From sequence record DRR378314_1931: DNA of 64,000 nt; one strand, given 5' to 3'. The notes under the pieces were generated by a model. The model did not search any database. It saw nothing but the letters and a program-made list of their open reading frames with translations, and was not told where the DNA came from. A program made the translations under genes and the position numbers. Below are positions 50,571 through 61,148 of the stretch, one piece after another; the stretch's first letter is position 1; every line of letters begins with the position of its first letter.

Positions 50571-51113
50571 TTAAGGGTTCTCGTTATTTTTTTCGTCGGT
50601 ATCGGTTTTTGGTTTAGGCGTAAAAATAGTGATAACACGGCTGTCTTCTTCACCTGAACTGCTTGCCGTTACCGTTTGTTTATTCAAATCATAAGTAATC
50701 AAACTGCCGCTTGAGCTACTGCTACCTTGAGAGATGCGAGCGTCGCCACTAAGCTCCAGTCGCTGTTCCGACTGAAAATAGGTGATTTTTTTTGCTTCAG
50801 CGTTAATTTCATTGCCGTCGTCCAGCGTCTGGCTGTAAGTAGCAGGAGTGCCTTCTGCAATAAAAATATCTGCTTGCTCGGCGCTTTCGCTGGCGGATGC
50901 TTCTAGTCGATCGGCGCGGATTAATAAGGTGCCCTGACGAATAATAACGTTGTCCGTTAAAACCAGGCGGTTATTTTTAATATCAAGCTCTTCCTTACTC
51001 GACTCAACTTCCATGGGTTTACTAAAGTCAGACTTGCCCTGAGCCATAACCGCTGAGGGTATTAAGGCAACCAGGATCAGTTTACTCAGCAGGCTGGAAA
51101 ATCGTTTTAACAT
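50571..51113 (-). CDS. lptA: LPS transport periplasmic protein
   Basis: Signal peptide, OstA jellyroll ([11 protein letters not shown]), synteny. Confidence 0.92.
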   Translation of the reverse strand: MLKRFSSLLSKLILVALIPSAVMAQGKSDFSKPMEVESSKEELDIKNNRLVLTDNVIIRQGTLLIRADRLEASASESAEQADIFIAEGTPATYSQTLDDGNEINAEAKKITYFQSEQRLELSGDARISQGSSSSSGSLITYDLNKQTVTASSSGEEDSRVITIFTPKPKTDTDEKNNENP

Positions 51114-51645
51114 GTCTTTTTAGCTCCATTCGTTCAGCTTTCAGATCCGCAGTCATACCGTTACCCCGAATTAATAGTCGTGGTCCGTGAATGCTTACAG
51201 GATGTTCTGTGCTCATTGACTCATTTTTTAAATCAACAATCAGGTACTCGGTTAACACTTGCTCGATGTGAGTATCCGGCTCTAAAGCAAGTATTTCAAC
51301 ATCATGCTCTAAAATCAGGGTTTGATCGTCGTAGAAAGTGCCTTGCGCGGCACTGACTTCCCAAAGCTCTTCGCCTTGTTCAGAAAAGACCGTGTAAACC
51401 GGACGCTTAAGTTCGGTCAGGCCAATTTGGTTATAGTGAGACATTTTCTCAGATTTTATCTTGTGAGCCAGTAAACCGTCACTTTCGAAAATACGCGTCT
51501 CCAGCCCAAAAGCGGTAAAATCGGGCTGCATAGTGCGTGTTGTCGCCGCGTTGTTACCATCAGCATCATCACTAAAAGGGCGCCAGACAAGCAATAGCCC
51601 GGCACCGAATAATAAAATTAGAATGACAGTAACGCGTCGGCTCAC
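51082..51645 (-). CDS. lptC: LPS export protein LptC
   Basis: N-terminal TM segment, PDF.A, jellyroll, synteny. Confidence 0.9.
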   Translation of the reverse strand: MSRRVTVILILLFGAGLLLVWRPFSDDADGNNAATTRTMQPDFTAFGLETRIFESDGLLAHKIKSEKMSHYNQIGLTELKRPVYTVFSEQGEELWEVSAAQGTFYDDQTLILEHDVEILALEPDTHIEQVLTEYLIVDLKNESMSTEHPVSIHGPRLLIRGNGMTADLKAERMELKRHVKTIFQPAE

Positions 51646-52196
51646 ACACTGGCTCCTGTAGCCAGGTGCAGTTGCCCTTGACTGAGCATGATTAAATCAC
51701 AGACTTCGCGCACGGCACCATGTCCACCATGGCAGCGTGAAATATAATCGGCCTGTTGTTGTACCGATGCGTGAGCGTCCTGGACTGCAATCCCCAGACC
51801 CGCCGCTTTAATTAAAGCTAAATCGGGGGTGTCGTCTCCAACATAAGCAACTTGCTCCGCGCTAAGGCCTAACTTTGTTAGTAGCTCGTCGAAAGCGGCT
51901 GTTTTATCGTTCTGTCCCTGATAAATAAAGCCGACATCTAAATGTTCCATACGGTGTTCAACAATGCGTGACGTTCGTCCGGTAATGACTGCCGTTTCAA
52001 CACCTGATTTTTTCAGTGCTTTCATGCCAAAGCCATCCCGGGTGTGAAACGCTTTCAGTTCCTCACCATCATTGCCTAAGTATATGCGACCGTCGGAAAA
52101 CACCCCGTCGACATCCAGAACCAGTAGCTTTATTTCGGAAAAACGTTTAAACAGGCTTTTTTCAATGTCGCCGTACCAGGTATTAATACATTCCAT
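51642..52196 (-). CDS. kdsC: KDO 8-phosphate phosphatase
   Basis: LDVDGVFSDG, IITGR-like motif, YVGDD..D, GG.GAVRE.CD. Confidence 0.97.
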   Translation of the reverse strand: MECINTWYGDIEKSLFKRFSEIKLLVLDVDGVFSDGRIYLGNDGEELKAFHTRDGFGMKALKKSGVETAVITGRTSRIVEHRMEHLDVGFIYQGQNDKTAAFDELLTKLGLSAEQVAYVGDDTPDLALIKAAGLGIAVQDAHASVQQQADYISRCHGGHGAVREVCDLIMLSQGQLHLATGASV

Positions 52197-53173
52197 CAGA
52201 GCACTCCCGCCTGCAGTAAGTCATGCATGTTCATTGCGCCACAAGGCTGTCCATCGTCGTTGGTAATTATCAGCCCATTTATTTTTCGGTCCTGCATGAG
52301 TTTTAATGCCTCAGCGGCCAGCATGTCCTCGTTCGCAGTAATACAGGAGCGGGTCATAACTTCAGCTATCGGAGTTTTATGGACATCGATTCGGTTATCC
52401 AGAATGCGACGTAAGTCACCGTCTGTAAAAATGCCGGCGAGACGTTGGTTTTCATCAACTATCGCGGTCATACCCAAGCCTTTACGCGACATTTCCAGTA
52501 AGGCATCACTAATAATAGCGTCGGCTGGAATAACTGGAACACGCTCGCCAGTGTGCATCACGTCATGCAACCGCAATAGCAGGCGTTTACCCAGCGAACC
52601 GCCGGGGTGTGATAGTGCAAAGTCGTCGGCGGTGAAGCCGCGAGCATTGAGCAGGGCAACCGCCATCGCATCGCCCATGACAAGAGTTGCTGTTGTAGAA
52701 GCCGTGGGGGCTAACCCGAGCGGACAGGCCTCTTGTTCAACTGCGATACAAACATGAGTATCAGCCAGTCGGGCAAGAGTGGAGCCTGGTTTGCCAGTCA
52801 TTGAAATTAAGGGCACGCCCAGACGTTTAATGACCGGAATAATATTCAGCACTTCGGCCGTTTCGCCACTGTTAGATATCGCAATGACCACATCCTGAGC
52901 CGCAACCATGCCTAAATCTCCGTGGCTGGCTTCGCCCGGATGTACAAAAAACGCTGGTGTGCCGGTTGAGGCAAGTGTGGCAGCTATTTTCCCGCCAATA
53001 TGACCGGATTTACCCATGCCGGTGACAATAACGCGGCCTTTGCAATTAAACAGAGTTTGGCAGGCGGCATCGAAATTATCATCCAAATATTGATACAGGC
53101 CTTCAATCGCCTTCTTTTCGATATCCAGTACTTGTTCGCCCAGTAGCCGAAAGTTCTGGGTGACTTGTTTCAT
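52196..53173 (-). CDS. kdsD: Arabinose 5-phosphate isomerase
   Basis: GMGKSGHIG, HPGEASHGDLG, APTAST, HPGGSLG, CBS pair; start 53173 fits the AGAGG RBS. Confidence 0.97.
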   Translation of the reverse strand: MKQVTQNFRLLGEQVLDIEKKAIEGLYQYLDDNFDAACQTLFNCKGRVIVTGMGKSGHIGGKIAATLASTGTPAFFVHPGEASHGDLGMVAAQDVVIAISNSGETAEVLNIIPVIKRLGVPLISMTGKPGSTLARLADTHVCIAVEQEACPLGLAPTASTTATLVMGDAMAVALLNARGFTADDFALSHPGGSLGKRLLLRLHDVMHTGERVPVIPADAIISDALLEMSRKGLGMTAIVDENQRLAGIFTDGDLRRILDNRIDVHKTPIAEVMTRSCITANEDMLAAEALKLMQDRKINGLIITNDDGQPCGAMNMHDLLQAGVL

Positions 53174-53253
53174 GGTCATGCCTCTGGCGTTGTACTTTTG
53201 CCCTGTATAATACGTCATTCGGTACAACTCTGCCTACCGTACACAGGTAAATC

Positions 53254-53307
53254 TTGTATTTTATTACAAAAATAATTACTATACCAACCAGACGGTTGAT
53301 AAAGTAA
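53254..53307 (+). promoter_or_regulatory. sigma70-like promoter of the TetR gene with an overlapping palindromic operator
   Basis: TTGTAT(53254-59)-N17-TACTAT(53277-82); palindrome ttactatacCAACC-agac-GGTTGataaagtaa (53276-53307). Confidence 0.65.
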
Positions 53308-53329
53308 GTGTAGGTAAAGTGAATACACC

Positions 53330-53905
53330 ATGGTAGAGAAAAAAGGCGCAGGGCGACCCAGCAACAGAGACGTCATTCTGGATGCCGCAGATCAATTGGT
53401 CGCTGCCGAGGGTGCAGGGCACCTTACATTTGACGCCTTGAGCCAGACAACGGGCATCAGCAAAGGTGGTTTGCTTTATCATTTCAAGAGCAAAGATTGT
53501 TTGCTGCAGGCTATGTTAAAACGCCGTGTCGAACGTTATGAAAAACTTCGTGAGCAATATCATCACCAGTTTGCCGATGACCCAAAAGGCGAATTAAAAA
53601 GTATTTTACTAGCAGCGCTTGATACGGACGCTGAATGTTCTCGGCTAGGCAGTGGAATGCTGGCTGCCGCTGCGACTAACCCGGAGTTGTTGGGCCCTTT
53701 AAAAGAGCATATAGCACTGACTTTACAGCGGTTGGAACGTATCGCCGGAAGCAAAGTTGGGAAAACTCTGTTTTACGCGGTTCATGGTGCGCGTTTGTTC
53801 GAGCAACTCAACTTGTGTGACGCTTGCGTGCATGAACGTGAAGATTTTGCACAATATTTACTGAAGCTTGTCGATGAATTGACAGAAATAGAATCAATTC
53901 GCTGA
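53330..53905 (+). CDS. TetR/AcrR-family transcriptional regulator
   Basis: GRP, ILDAA..L....G...LT...L....GISKGGLLYHFKSKD HTH; 191 aa. Confidence 0.95.
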   Translation: MVEKKGAGRPSNRDVILDAADQLVAAEGAGHLTFDALSQTTGISKGGLLYHFKSKDCLLQAMLKRRVERYEKLREQYHHQFADDPKGELKSILLAALDTDAECSRLGSGMLAAAATNPELLGPLKEHIALTLQRLERIAGSKVGKTLFYAVHGARLFEQLNLCDACVHEREDFAQYLLKLVDELTEIESIR

Positions 53906-53989
53906 TAAAATTTGCAACACTTTTTCGGTATCAGACTATACCGACAGTCGTTAAAATAAAGGCTGATAAACTCGTAACAGGAAACTGTC

Positions 53990-54790
53990 GTGACAAACTT
54001 GGTAGAACTTAAAGATCTGACTTTTGCGCATGGAAGCCATCGGGTCTATGACGGCCTGTCGTTAGATGTTCCGAAAGGCAAAATGGTTGCTGTCATGGGG
54101 CCTAGTGGCATTGGTAAAACGACGCTGTTGCGCCTTATCGGTGGACAGCTTAAGCCTGACAGCGGCAGTATCAAAGTAGCCGGAGAGGAAGTCCCTCAGT
54201 TAAAACGCGACGCTTTGTATCAATTACGCAAGCGCATGAGCATGCTGTTTCAAAGTGGTGCGTTGTTCACCGACATGTCGGTATACGAGAACGTCGCCTT
54301 TCCACTGCGCGAGCATACCGATTTACCCGAAGAAATTATTCGCAGCGTGGTTTTAATGAAGCTTGAGGCCGTGGGTCTGCGTGGTGCGCGTCACCTTATG
54401 CCGTCAGAACTGTCGGGTGGCATGGCTCGTAGAGCTGCTCTGGCAAGGGCTATAGCTCTGGATCCTGAATTGATTTTATACGATGAGCCGTTTGCGGGTC
54501 AGGATCCTATTTCTATGGCGGTCATTGTAAAGCTTATTAAATCTTTGAATGAGTCACTAGGTTTGACCTCTATTGTTGTATCGCACGACGTAAAAGAAGT
54601 GTTATCGATTGCGGATTATGCTTATGTCATCGCCGACAAAAAAGTTGTTGGTCAGGGCACCCCGGATGAACTCCGCAATAACGATACCGCAATTATTCAA
54701 CAGTTTTTGAATGGTGCGCCAGATGGTCCGGTAGCATTTCACTACTCAGATGACGATTTTACAACGGACTTATTAAGGGGCGAAGGATGA
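53990..54790 (+). CDS. mlaF: Mla ABC ATPase
   Basis: [35 protein letters not shown]. Confidence 0.97.
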   Translation: MTNLVELKDLTFAHGSHRVYDGLSLDVPKGKMVAVMGPSGIGKTTLLRLIGGQLKPDSGSIKVAGEEVPQLKRDALYQLRKRMSMLFQSGALFTDMSVYENVAFPLREHTDLPEEIIRSVVLMKLEAVGLRGARHLMPSELSGGMARRAALARAIALDPELILYDEPFAGQDPISMAVIVKLIKSLNESLGLTSIVVSHDVKEVLSIADYAYVIADKKVVGQGTPDELRNNDTAIIQQFLNGAPDGPVAFHYSDDDFTTDLLRGEG

Positions 54791-55566
54791 TCCAGTTTAT
54801 ACAGTCTGTCGGTCGCCGAGTGCTGGATAGCCTGGCGGGTATCGGATACGCCTTAGCTATGCTGATGGGAGCTATTATCGGTAAGCCGCAACCCGCTAAG
54901 TCATGGCCGCTCTTTATCAAGCAAATGTACGTAGTGGGCGTATTGTCGATGCTCATCGTTATCGTCAGTGGCTTATTCATTGGTATGGTGCTTGGCTTAC
55001 AGGGCTACACTATTTTAGTTGACTATGGTGCTGAGCAAAGTCTGGGACCTATGGTTGCGCTGTCGTTATTACGTGAGTTGGGGCCTGTCGTTACCGGTCT
55101 GTTATTTGCGGGGCGAGCCGGTTCTGCATTAACTGCTGAAATCGGTCTTATGAAAGCCACCGAGCAACTCTCCAGTCTGGAGATGATGGCGGTTGATCCT
55201 TTACGCCGTGTGATTGCTCCCAGGTTCTGGGCTGGTGTGGTTAGTATGCCACTGCTGGCGTTGATGTTCTCAGCCGTTGGAATTTACGGCGGTTACCTGG
55301 TTGGCTCCGGCTGGCTGGGGGTTGATGAAGGCGCTTTTTGGTCAGTCATGCAATCGGCAGTCGATTGGCAGGATGATCTTCTGAACGGCATTATTAAGTC
55401 TATTGTATTTGCCTTTGTTGTTACCTGGATAGCTTTGTATAAAGGTTATCGTTCGGTTCCAACCTCTGCGGGAATCAGTGCTGCGACAACGTCAACAGTT
55501 GTGACTGCGTCGTTGGCAATTCTAGGACTCGATTTTATTCTTACAGCTATCATGTTTGGTGGATAA
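54787..55566 (+). CDS. mlaE: Mla permease
   Basis: [28 protein letters not shown]. Confidence 0.97.
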   Translation: MIQFIQSVGRRVLDSLAGIGYALAMLMGAIIGKPQPAKSWPLFIKQMYVVGVLSMLIVIVSGLFIGMVLGLQGYTILVDYGAEQSLGPMVALSLLRELGPVVTGLLFAGRAGSALTAEIGLMKATEQLSSLEMMAVDPLRRVIAPRFWAGVVSMPLLALMFSAVGIYGGYLVGSGWLGVDEGAFWSVMQSAVDWQDDLLNGIIKSIVFAFVVTWIALYKGYRSVPTSAGISAATTSTVVTASLAILGLDFILTAIMFGG

Positions 55567-55568
55567 CC

Positions 55569-56036
55569 ATGGAATCAAGAAAAACACAGTTATGGGTAGG
55601 CGTTTTTGTTGTCGTCGGTATTTTGGCTTTGTTCTTTATCGCATTAAGGGCAGCCAGCGGCACTATGACAACATCGGGAGATAGCTACACCCTGTACGCT
55701 AAGTTCGATAATGTTGGTAGTCTGAAAGTCCGCTCGCCGGTGAAAGTCGGTGGTGTGGTTGTGGGTCGTGTTACTGATATTTCATTGTCGGGTGACTACT
55801 ATGAGCCGCGTGTGACAATGAGCATTAGCAAAGATTACGACAAGTTTTCTGAAGCCAGTACATTGTCGGTGTTGACGTCGGGACTCCTGGGTGAGCAATA
55901 TCTTGGACTTGAACCCGGCTTTATTGATGACAGCGTAGGTACGTTAGAAGACGGTGATACCATTACTGATACCAAGTCAGCATTGGTTTTAGAAAACCTG
56001 ATAGGCCAGTTTCTGTTCAGTCAGGGCAATGAATAA
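55569..56036 (+). CDS. mlaD: MCE protein MlaD
   Basis: FDNVGSLKVRSPV..GGV.VGRV, TSGLLGEQY. Confidence 0.97.
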   Translation: MESRKTQLWVGVFVVVGILALFFIALRAASGTMTTSGDSYTLYAKFDNVGSLKVRSPVKVGGVVVGRVTDISLSGDYYEPRVTMSISKDYDKFSEASTLSVLTSGLLGEQYLGLEPGFIDDSVGTLEDGDTITDTKSALVLENLIGQFLFSQGNE

Positions 56037-56053
56037 GTGGTAAGGAGAGCACC

Positions 56054-56725
56054 ATGGCAGTAAAACAATGGATAACGGCCGTTTTTGTAACCTTAGTACT
56101 GGTTGCATCCGCGTCAGCCGATTTAATTCGTAACGATGATCCGCAAGAGTTATTGAAAGCAGTTGCTGAAAAAACCTTTGATCGCATTGCATCGGACAGA
56201 AACAAAATTGACGCAGATCCTAATTATCTAAAGGAAGTCGTTGAAGATGAGATGATGCCTTATGTTGACAATATGTATGCGTCGAAGAAAGTATTAGGCC
56301 GTTACTTGCGCGACACGACAAAAGAACAGCGTGAACGTTTTTACCAGGCTTTCTACGATTACTTAGTGGCGACGTATGCCCGTGCTTTTACTCAGTATGA
56401 CGAGGACAAGCATAAGGTCACTTTTGAACCTAGTCAGGAAATTTCTGATGATGCACGTTCGGCCGTCGTGAAGGCGCGAATAAAAGAAGAAGGGCGCCCG
56501 GAAATTCGTCTGGATTTTCGTATACGTTACGACTCTGATGAAGAAATTTGGAAAGCCTACGATTTAGTTGTTGAAGGTGTCAGTCTGCTGAACAGTAAGC
56601 AAAGTGAAATTTCTTCGGTTATCCGGGCTAATGGCATTGATAAAACCATCGAGCTGATTGAAAAGAAAGCTTCCGAGCCGATTAAGGCAGATGACGAAGT
56701 AGAAAGCCCGGCAGAGGGACTCTAA
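56054..56725 (+). CDS. mlaC: Periplasmic phospholipid shuttle MlaC
   Basis: Signal peptide, PYVD, WKAYDLVVEGVSLL. Confidence 0.95.
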   Translation: MAVKQWITAVFVTLVLVASASADLIRNDDPQELLKAVAEKTFDRIASDRNKIDADPNYLKEVVEDEMMPYVDNMYASKKVLGRYLRDTTKEQRERFYQAFYDYLVATYARAFTQYDEDKHKVTFEPSQEISDDARSAVVKARIKEEGRPEIRLDFRIRYDSDEEIWKAYDLVVEGVSLLNSKQSEISSVIRANGIDKTIELIEKKASEPIKADDEVESPAEGL

Positions 56726-57018
56726 TGTTAGCATCGGTGAAGGTTAGCGATGATAAGACACTGGTTTTTAGCGGTTCATTGACTCGTCACAGTGTTGCTA
56801 AACTGTGGTCACAGCGCAAAAGCTGGTCGGTGGGAAGCGAAACCCGGGTTGATTTAACCGATGTAGAGGTTATCGATACTGCCGGGGTGGCTTTTTTGCT
56901 TGAAATATTGAAATTGGTTGGCGATGGGAAAGGTCCGTTAACCTGTATCGGAGCATCTGAACAGCTGAAACAAATTGCCCGCGTTAGTGGCGTTGAGTCG
57001 CTGCTTTCGTTAAGCTAG
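56725..57018 (+). CDS. mlaB: STAS-domain protein MlaB
   Basis: DLTDV..IDTAGVAFL, synteny. Confidence 0.9.
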   Translation: MLASVKVSDDKTLVFSGSLTRHSVAKLWSQRKSWSVGSETRVDLTDVEVIDTAGVAFLLEILKLVGDGKGPLTCIGASEQLKQIARVSGVESLLSLS

Positions 57019-57055
57019 GCGGTCTTATTAACTTTTAAGCCAACGGCAGATAACA

Positions 57056-57310
57056 ATGAATACTGAAGAACTGAAAACTTTGCTGAACGATGCGCTTTCT
57101 CTGGAAGAGCTTCTGGTTAAAGCTGAAGGCGCGAATGTAGAAATTATTGCTGTCAGCGAAGACTTTAAAGATATGAGTCGGGTAAAGCGTCAGCAAGCCG
57201 TGTATGGTCCTCTAAACCCGTTGATTGCCGACGGTTCAATCCATGCCGTATCGATAAAAGCTTACACGCCGGAAGACTGGGCGCGTGATAAAAAATTAAT
57301 GATGCCATAA
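57056..57310 (+). CDS. ibaG: BolA-family protein IbaG
   Basis: SRVKRQQAVY.PL, IHAVSIKAYTPEDW. Confidence 0.93.
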   Translation: MNTEELKTLLNDALSLEELLVKAEGANVEIIAVSEDFKDMSRVKRQQAVYGPLNPLIADGSIHAVSIKAYTPEDWARDKKLMMP

Positions 57311-57323
57311 GGTTGTTGGTTAG

Positions 57324-58586
<1,263 letters not shown>

Positions 58587-58592
58587 CAGCCG

Positions 58593-59642
58593 TTATCTGG
58601 GTAATTCGGCCACTGTTACGGTGGTCGTCATTCGCTTTTCATTACGGTAAAATTCCACTTCTAATTTAGTGCCGGGCTCACTACCTGCAACCCGGTCAAG
58701 CCCTTCCGGCGCAGAGCGAACAGGGTCACCACCAATAGCCACCAGAAAATCGTTCGGTTGTAATCCTGCTTTTGCTGCCGGACTATTCCGTTCAACTCCG
58801 GTTATTAATATGCCTGACAGTGATTGTTCTTCACTAAAGTTTGGATTAACGCTAATACCAATGTATCCGCGTACCACTTTCCCTTCCTGAATAAGGGTTT
58901 TCATTACTTTGCGTGCATTTTCATAGGGTACGGCAAAATAAATGCCTTCGCCGCCATCTCCAAAAGCCGAATTATAGCGGGCATTATTGATGCCGATAAG
59001 TTCTCCGGCGGTATTAACCAAAGCTCCGCCTGAGGCACCCTGGTTGATCACTGCGTCCATTTGAATCAAATCGGAATAGGAATTGCTGACACCAACCCGA
59101 CCGCCGCTGGCACTGACAATACCTTGCGTAATTGTCTGGCCAATATTGTATGGATTACCTATGGCGAGGACAATGTCACCAACCCGTACGCGGCGTGTTG
59201 ACTGTACAGGAATTACCGGTAGGTTCTCTGCATCAATTTTCAGCACAGCTAAATCGGTGTAACGGTCACTACCAATTAACTGAGCGGCATAGCGTCTGCC
59301 GTCCTGCAGCGCGACTTCAATTTTATCAACATTATCGACAACGTGATGGGCGGTCAGAATATATCCCTGAGAGTCCATAATAACGCCTGAACCTAAACGC
59401 CAGACACGTGATGATTGAGGTTGATAATAAGACCCCTGAATTTCCCCCATACTATAAATATTCACAACGGCGGGGGCGGCTTTTCGGACGGCCTGATTAA
59501 AGGAGGTAATTTCGTTGCCGTTTTGTCTTAATGATTCGGACTGTGCCCAGAAAGGTTTAGCGATAATAACAATAGCCGCAACAACTAGGCCTAAGCCAAC
59601 TGACTGAAGTAAAAATCGTAAAGTTGAAGAAAGTTGTTGCAT
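58593..59642 (-). CDS. degS: Outer-membrane stress sensor protease DegS
   Basis: N-terminal TM segment, AVRKAAPAVVNIY, LGSGVI, IGNPYN.GQT.TQGI, single PDZ; downstream of degQ. Confidence 0.88.
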   Translation of the reverse strand: MQQLSSTLRFLLQSVGLGLVVAAIVIIAKPFWAQSESLRQNGNEITSFNQAVRKAAPAVVNIYSMGEIQGSYYQPQSSRVWRLGSGVIMDSQGYILTAHHVVDNVDKIEVALQDGRRYAAQLIGSDRYTDLAVLKIDAENLPVIPVQSTRRVRVGDIVLAIGNPYNIGQTITQGIVSASGGRVGVSNSYSDLIQMDAVINQGASGGALVNTAGELIGINNARYNSAFGDGGEGIYFAVPYENARKVMKTLIQEGKVVRGYIGISVNPNFSEEQSLSGILITGVERNSPAAKAGLQPNDFLVAIGGDPVRSAPEGLDRVAGSEPGTKLEVEFYRNEKRMTTTVTVAELPR

Positions 59643-59660
59643 ACCAGCTTCCGGTTAAAT

Positions 59661-59701
59661 CAGGTGGTATCAGCATAGCACTGATACCACCTGCCTGTCA
59701 C
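59661..59701 (-). promoter_or_regulatory. 13-bp perfect inverted repeat between degQ and degS with an embedded candidate degS promoter
   Basis: CAGGTGGTATCAG-catagca-CTGATACCACCTG; the minus strand reads GTGACA-N18-TATGCT with a TG extension. Confidence 0.6.
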
Positions 59702-59705
59702 AATG

Positions 59706-61061
59706 TCAGTTTGCGTTACGCAACACAATAAAGAGTGAACTGTCGCCTCGTTTTATATTAAGGGCTATAACACCGCTCTTATCTTCAATTGCTGCCCGCA
59801 ACTCCGATATTGAGCTCACTGCCTTTCTGTTAACGCCCTGAATAATATCGCCTTCCTCTAGGCCAATTCGCGCAGCAGGAGAACGCTCTTCAAGCTCTTC
59901 TACTTCAATTCCATTTCCATCCGTTGCAGCAAGAGTAGCGCCCTGTAAAGCCGGGTGAATTGACTCAGCTGTAACAGACATGTCCTGTGCACCAAGGGTG
60001 ACGTTAATCGATTGCTCTTCACCGTCGCGAATCACCCCAAGCTTTAATGAGTTCCCTGAGCCTATAGAGCCGACCATTGCACCAAGCTCCGAAAATGAGC
60101 GGATTGTCTGCCCATCGACTGAGATAATGACATCGCCCGATTCAATACCAGCTTCATCTGCTGAACTACCCGGTACGACCTGTGAAACAAAAGCCCCCCG
60201 GTTGACCGGAATATTCAATGCCTGAGCAACGTCGTGAGTTAAATCGTTACCCCGGACTCCCAGTACACCGCGGCGAACTTCGCCAAATTCAATCAATTGT
60301 TGTACTAAGTTATTCATCATGTCCGATGGAATAGCGAAACCGATACCGATATTGCCACCGTTAGGGCCGAGTATCGCGGTGTTAATTCCAATGAGTTTGC
60401 CGTCTAAAGTGACCAGAGCACCGCCCGAATTACCGCTGTTAATAGCGGCATCGGTCTGGATGAAGTTTTCCAGTTCCTCAATGCCAAGACCTGCTCGACC
60501 TAGAGCGCTAACGATACCGGAAGTTACTGTCTGGCCAAGCCCGAAAGGGTTACCAATAGCGACCACGAAATCACCGACTCGCAGCTCGGATGACTTGCCA
60601 AGCTCTATGGCGGTGAGGTTTTCGCCGTTCTCTATTTTTAGCAAAGCCACGTCGCTGCGTTCATCAGTGCCTATAACTTTAGCATCAAACTCACGGCCAT
60701 TTTTTAGGGTGACGAGAATTTCTGTAGCGTCGTCTACAACATGGTTATTGGTTACTACATAGCCTTCTTCAGCATCAATAATCACGCCGGAACCTAAGCC
60801 TCTAAACGGGCGCTCACGGACTTGTTCACGTGGCGAATCCGGGCCAAAAAAGAAACGAAGCGCTTCCGGCAGGCGTTGTCGTACTTCTCGCTTACCTTTT
60901 ACTGAGATATTGACGACGGCGGGTGTTACCTCCTCAAGCATCGGCGCTAAGGTCGGCTGTTCGTCGTCATTGCCAAAAAAAGGAATGCCAGCATGGGCAG
61001 AAGGTATAGAGGTGAAGCTAACAACACAGATTAAACTGAATAATGCTAAGACTCTTTTCAT
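59706..61061 (-). CDS. degQ: Periplasmic HtrA serine protease with two PDZ domains
   Basis: TNNHV, QTDAAINSGNSGGAL, two PDZ domains; zapG-degQ-degS synteny. Confidence 0.93.
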   Translation of the reverse strand: MKRVLALFSLICVVSFTSIPSAHAGIPFFGNDDEQPTLAPMLEEVTPAVVNISVKGKREVRQRLPEALRFFFGPDSPREQVRERPFRGLGSGVIIDAEEGYVVTNNHVVDDATEILVTLKNGREFDAKVIGTDERSDVALLKIENGENLTAIELGKSSELRVGDFVVAIGNPFGLGQTVTSGIVSALGRAGLGIEELENFIQTDAAINSGNSGGALVTLDGKLIGINTAILGPNGGNIGIGFAIPSDMMNNLVQQLIEFGEVRRGVLGVRGNDLTHDVAQALNIPVNRGAFVSQVVPGSSADEAGIESGDVIISVDGQTIRSFSELGAMVGSIGSGNSLKLGVIRDGEEQSINVTLGAQDMSVTAESIHPALQGATLAATDGNGIEVEELEERSPAARIGLEEGDIIQGVNRKAVSSISELRAAIEDKSGVIALNIKRGDSSLFIVLRNAN

Positions 61062-61106
61062 GATTCGAGTGACTCCTTAATAAAGCACTAACAAACGGTC
61101 GCCAGT

Positions 61107-61134
61107 TAAGACCGCTTGTCAGCTATATGAGTTC
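61107..61134 (-). promoter_or_regulatory. Candidate sigmaE promoter for degQ
   Basis: Minus strand GAACTC-N17-TCTTA versus consensus GAACTT-N16/17-TCTGA/TCAAA. Confidence 0.4.
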
Positions 61135-61148
61135 ACTCTAAAAATGTT

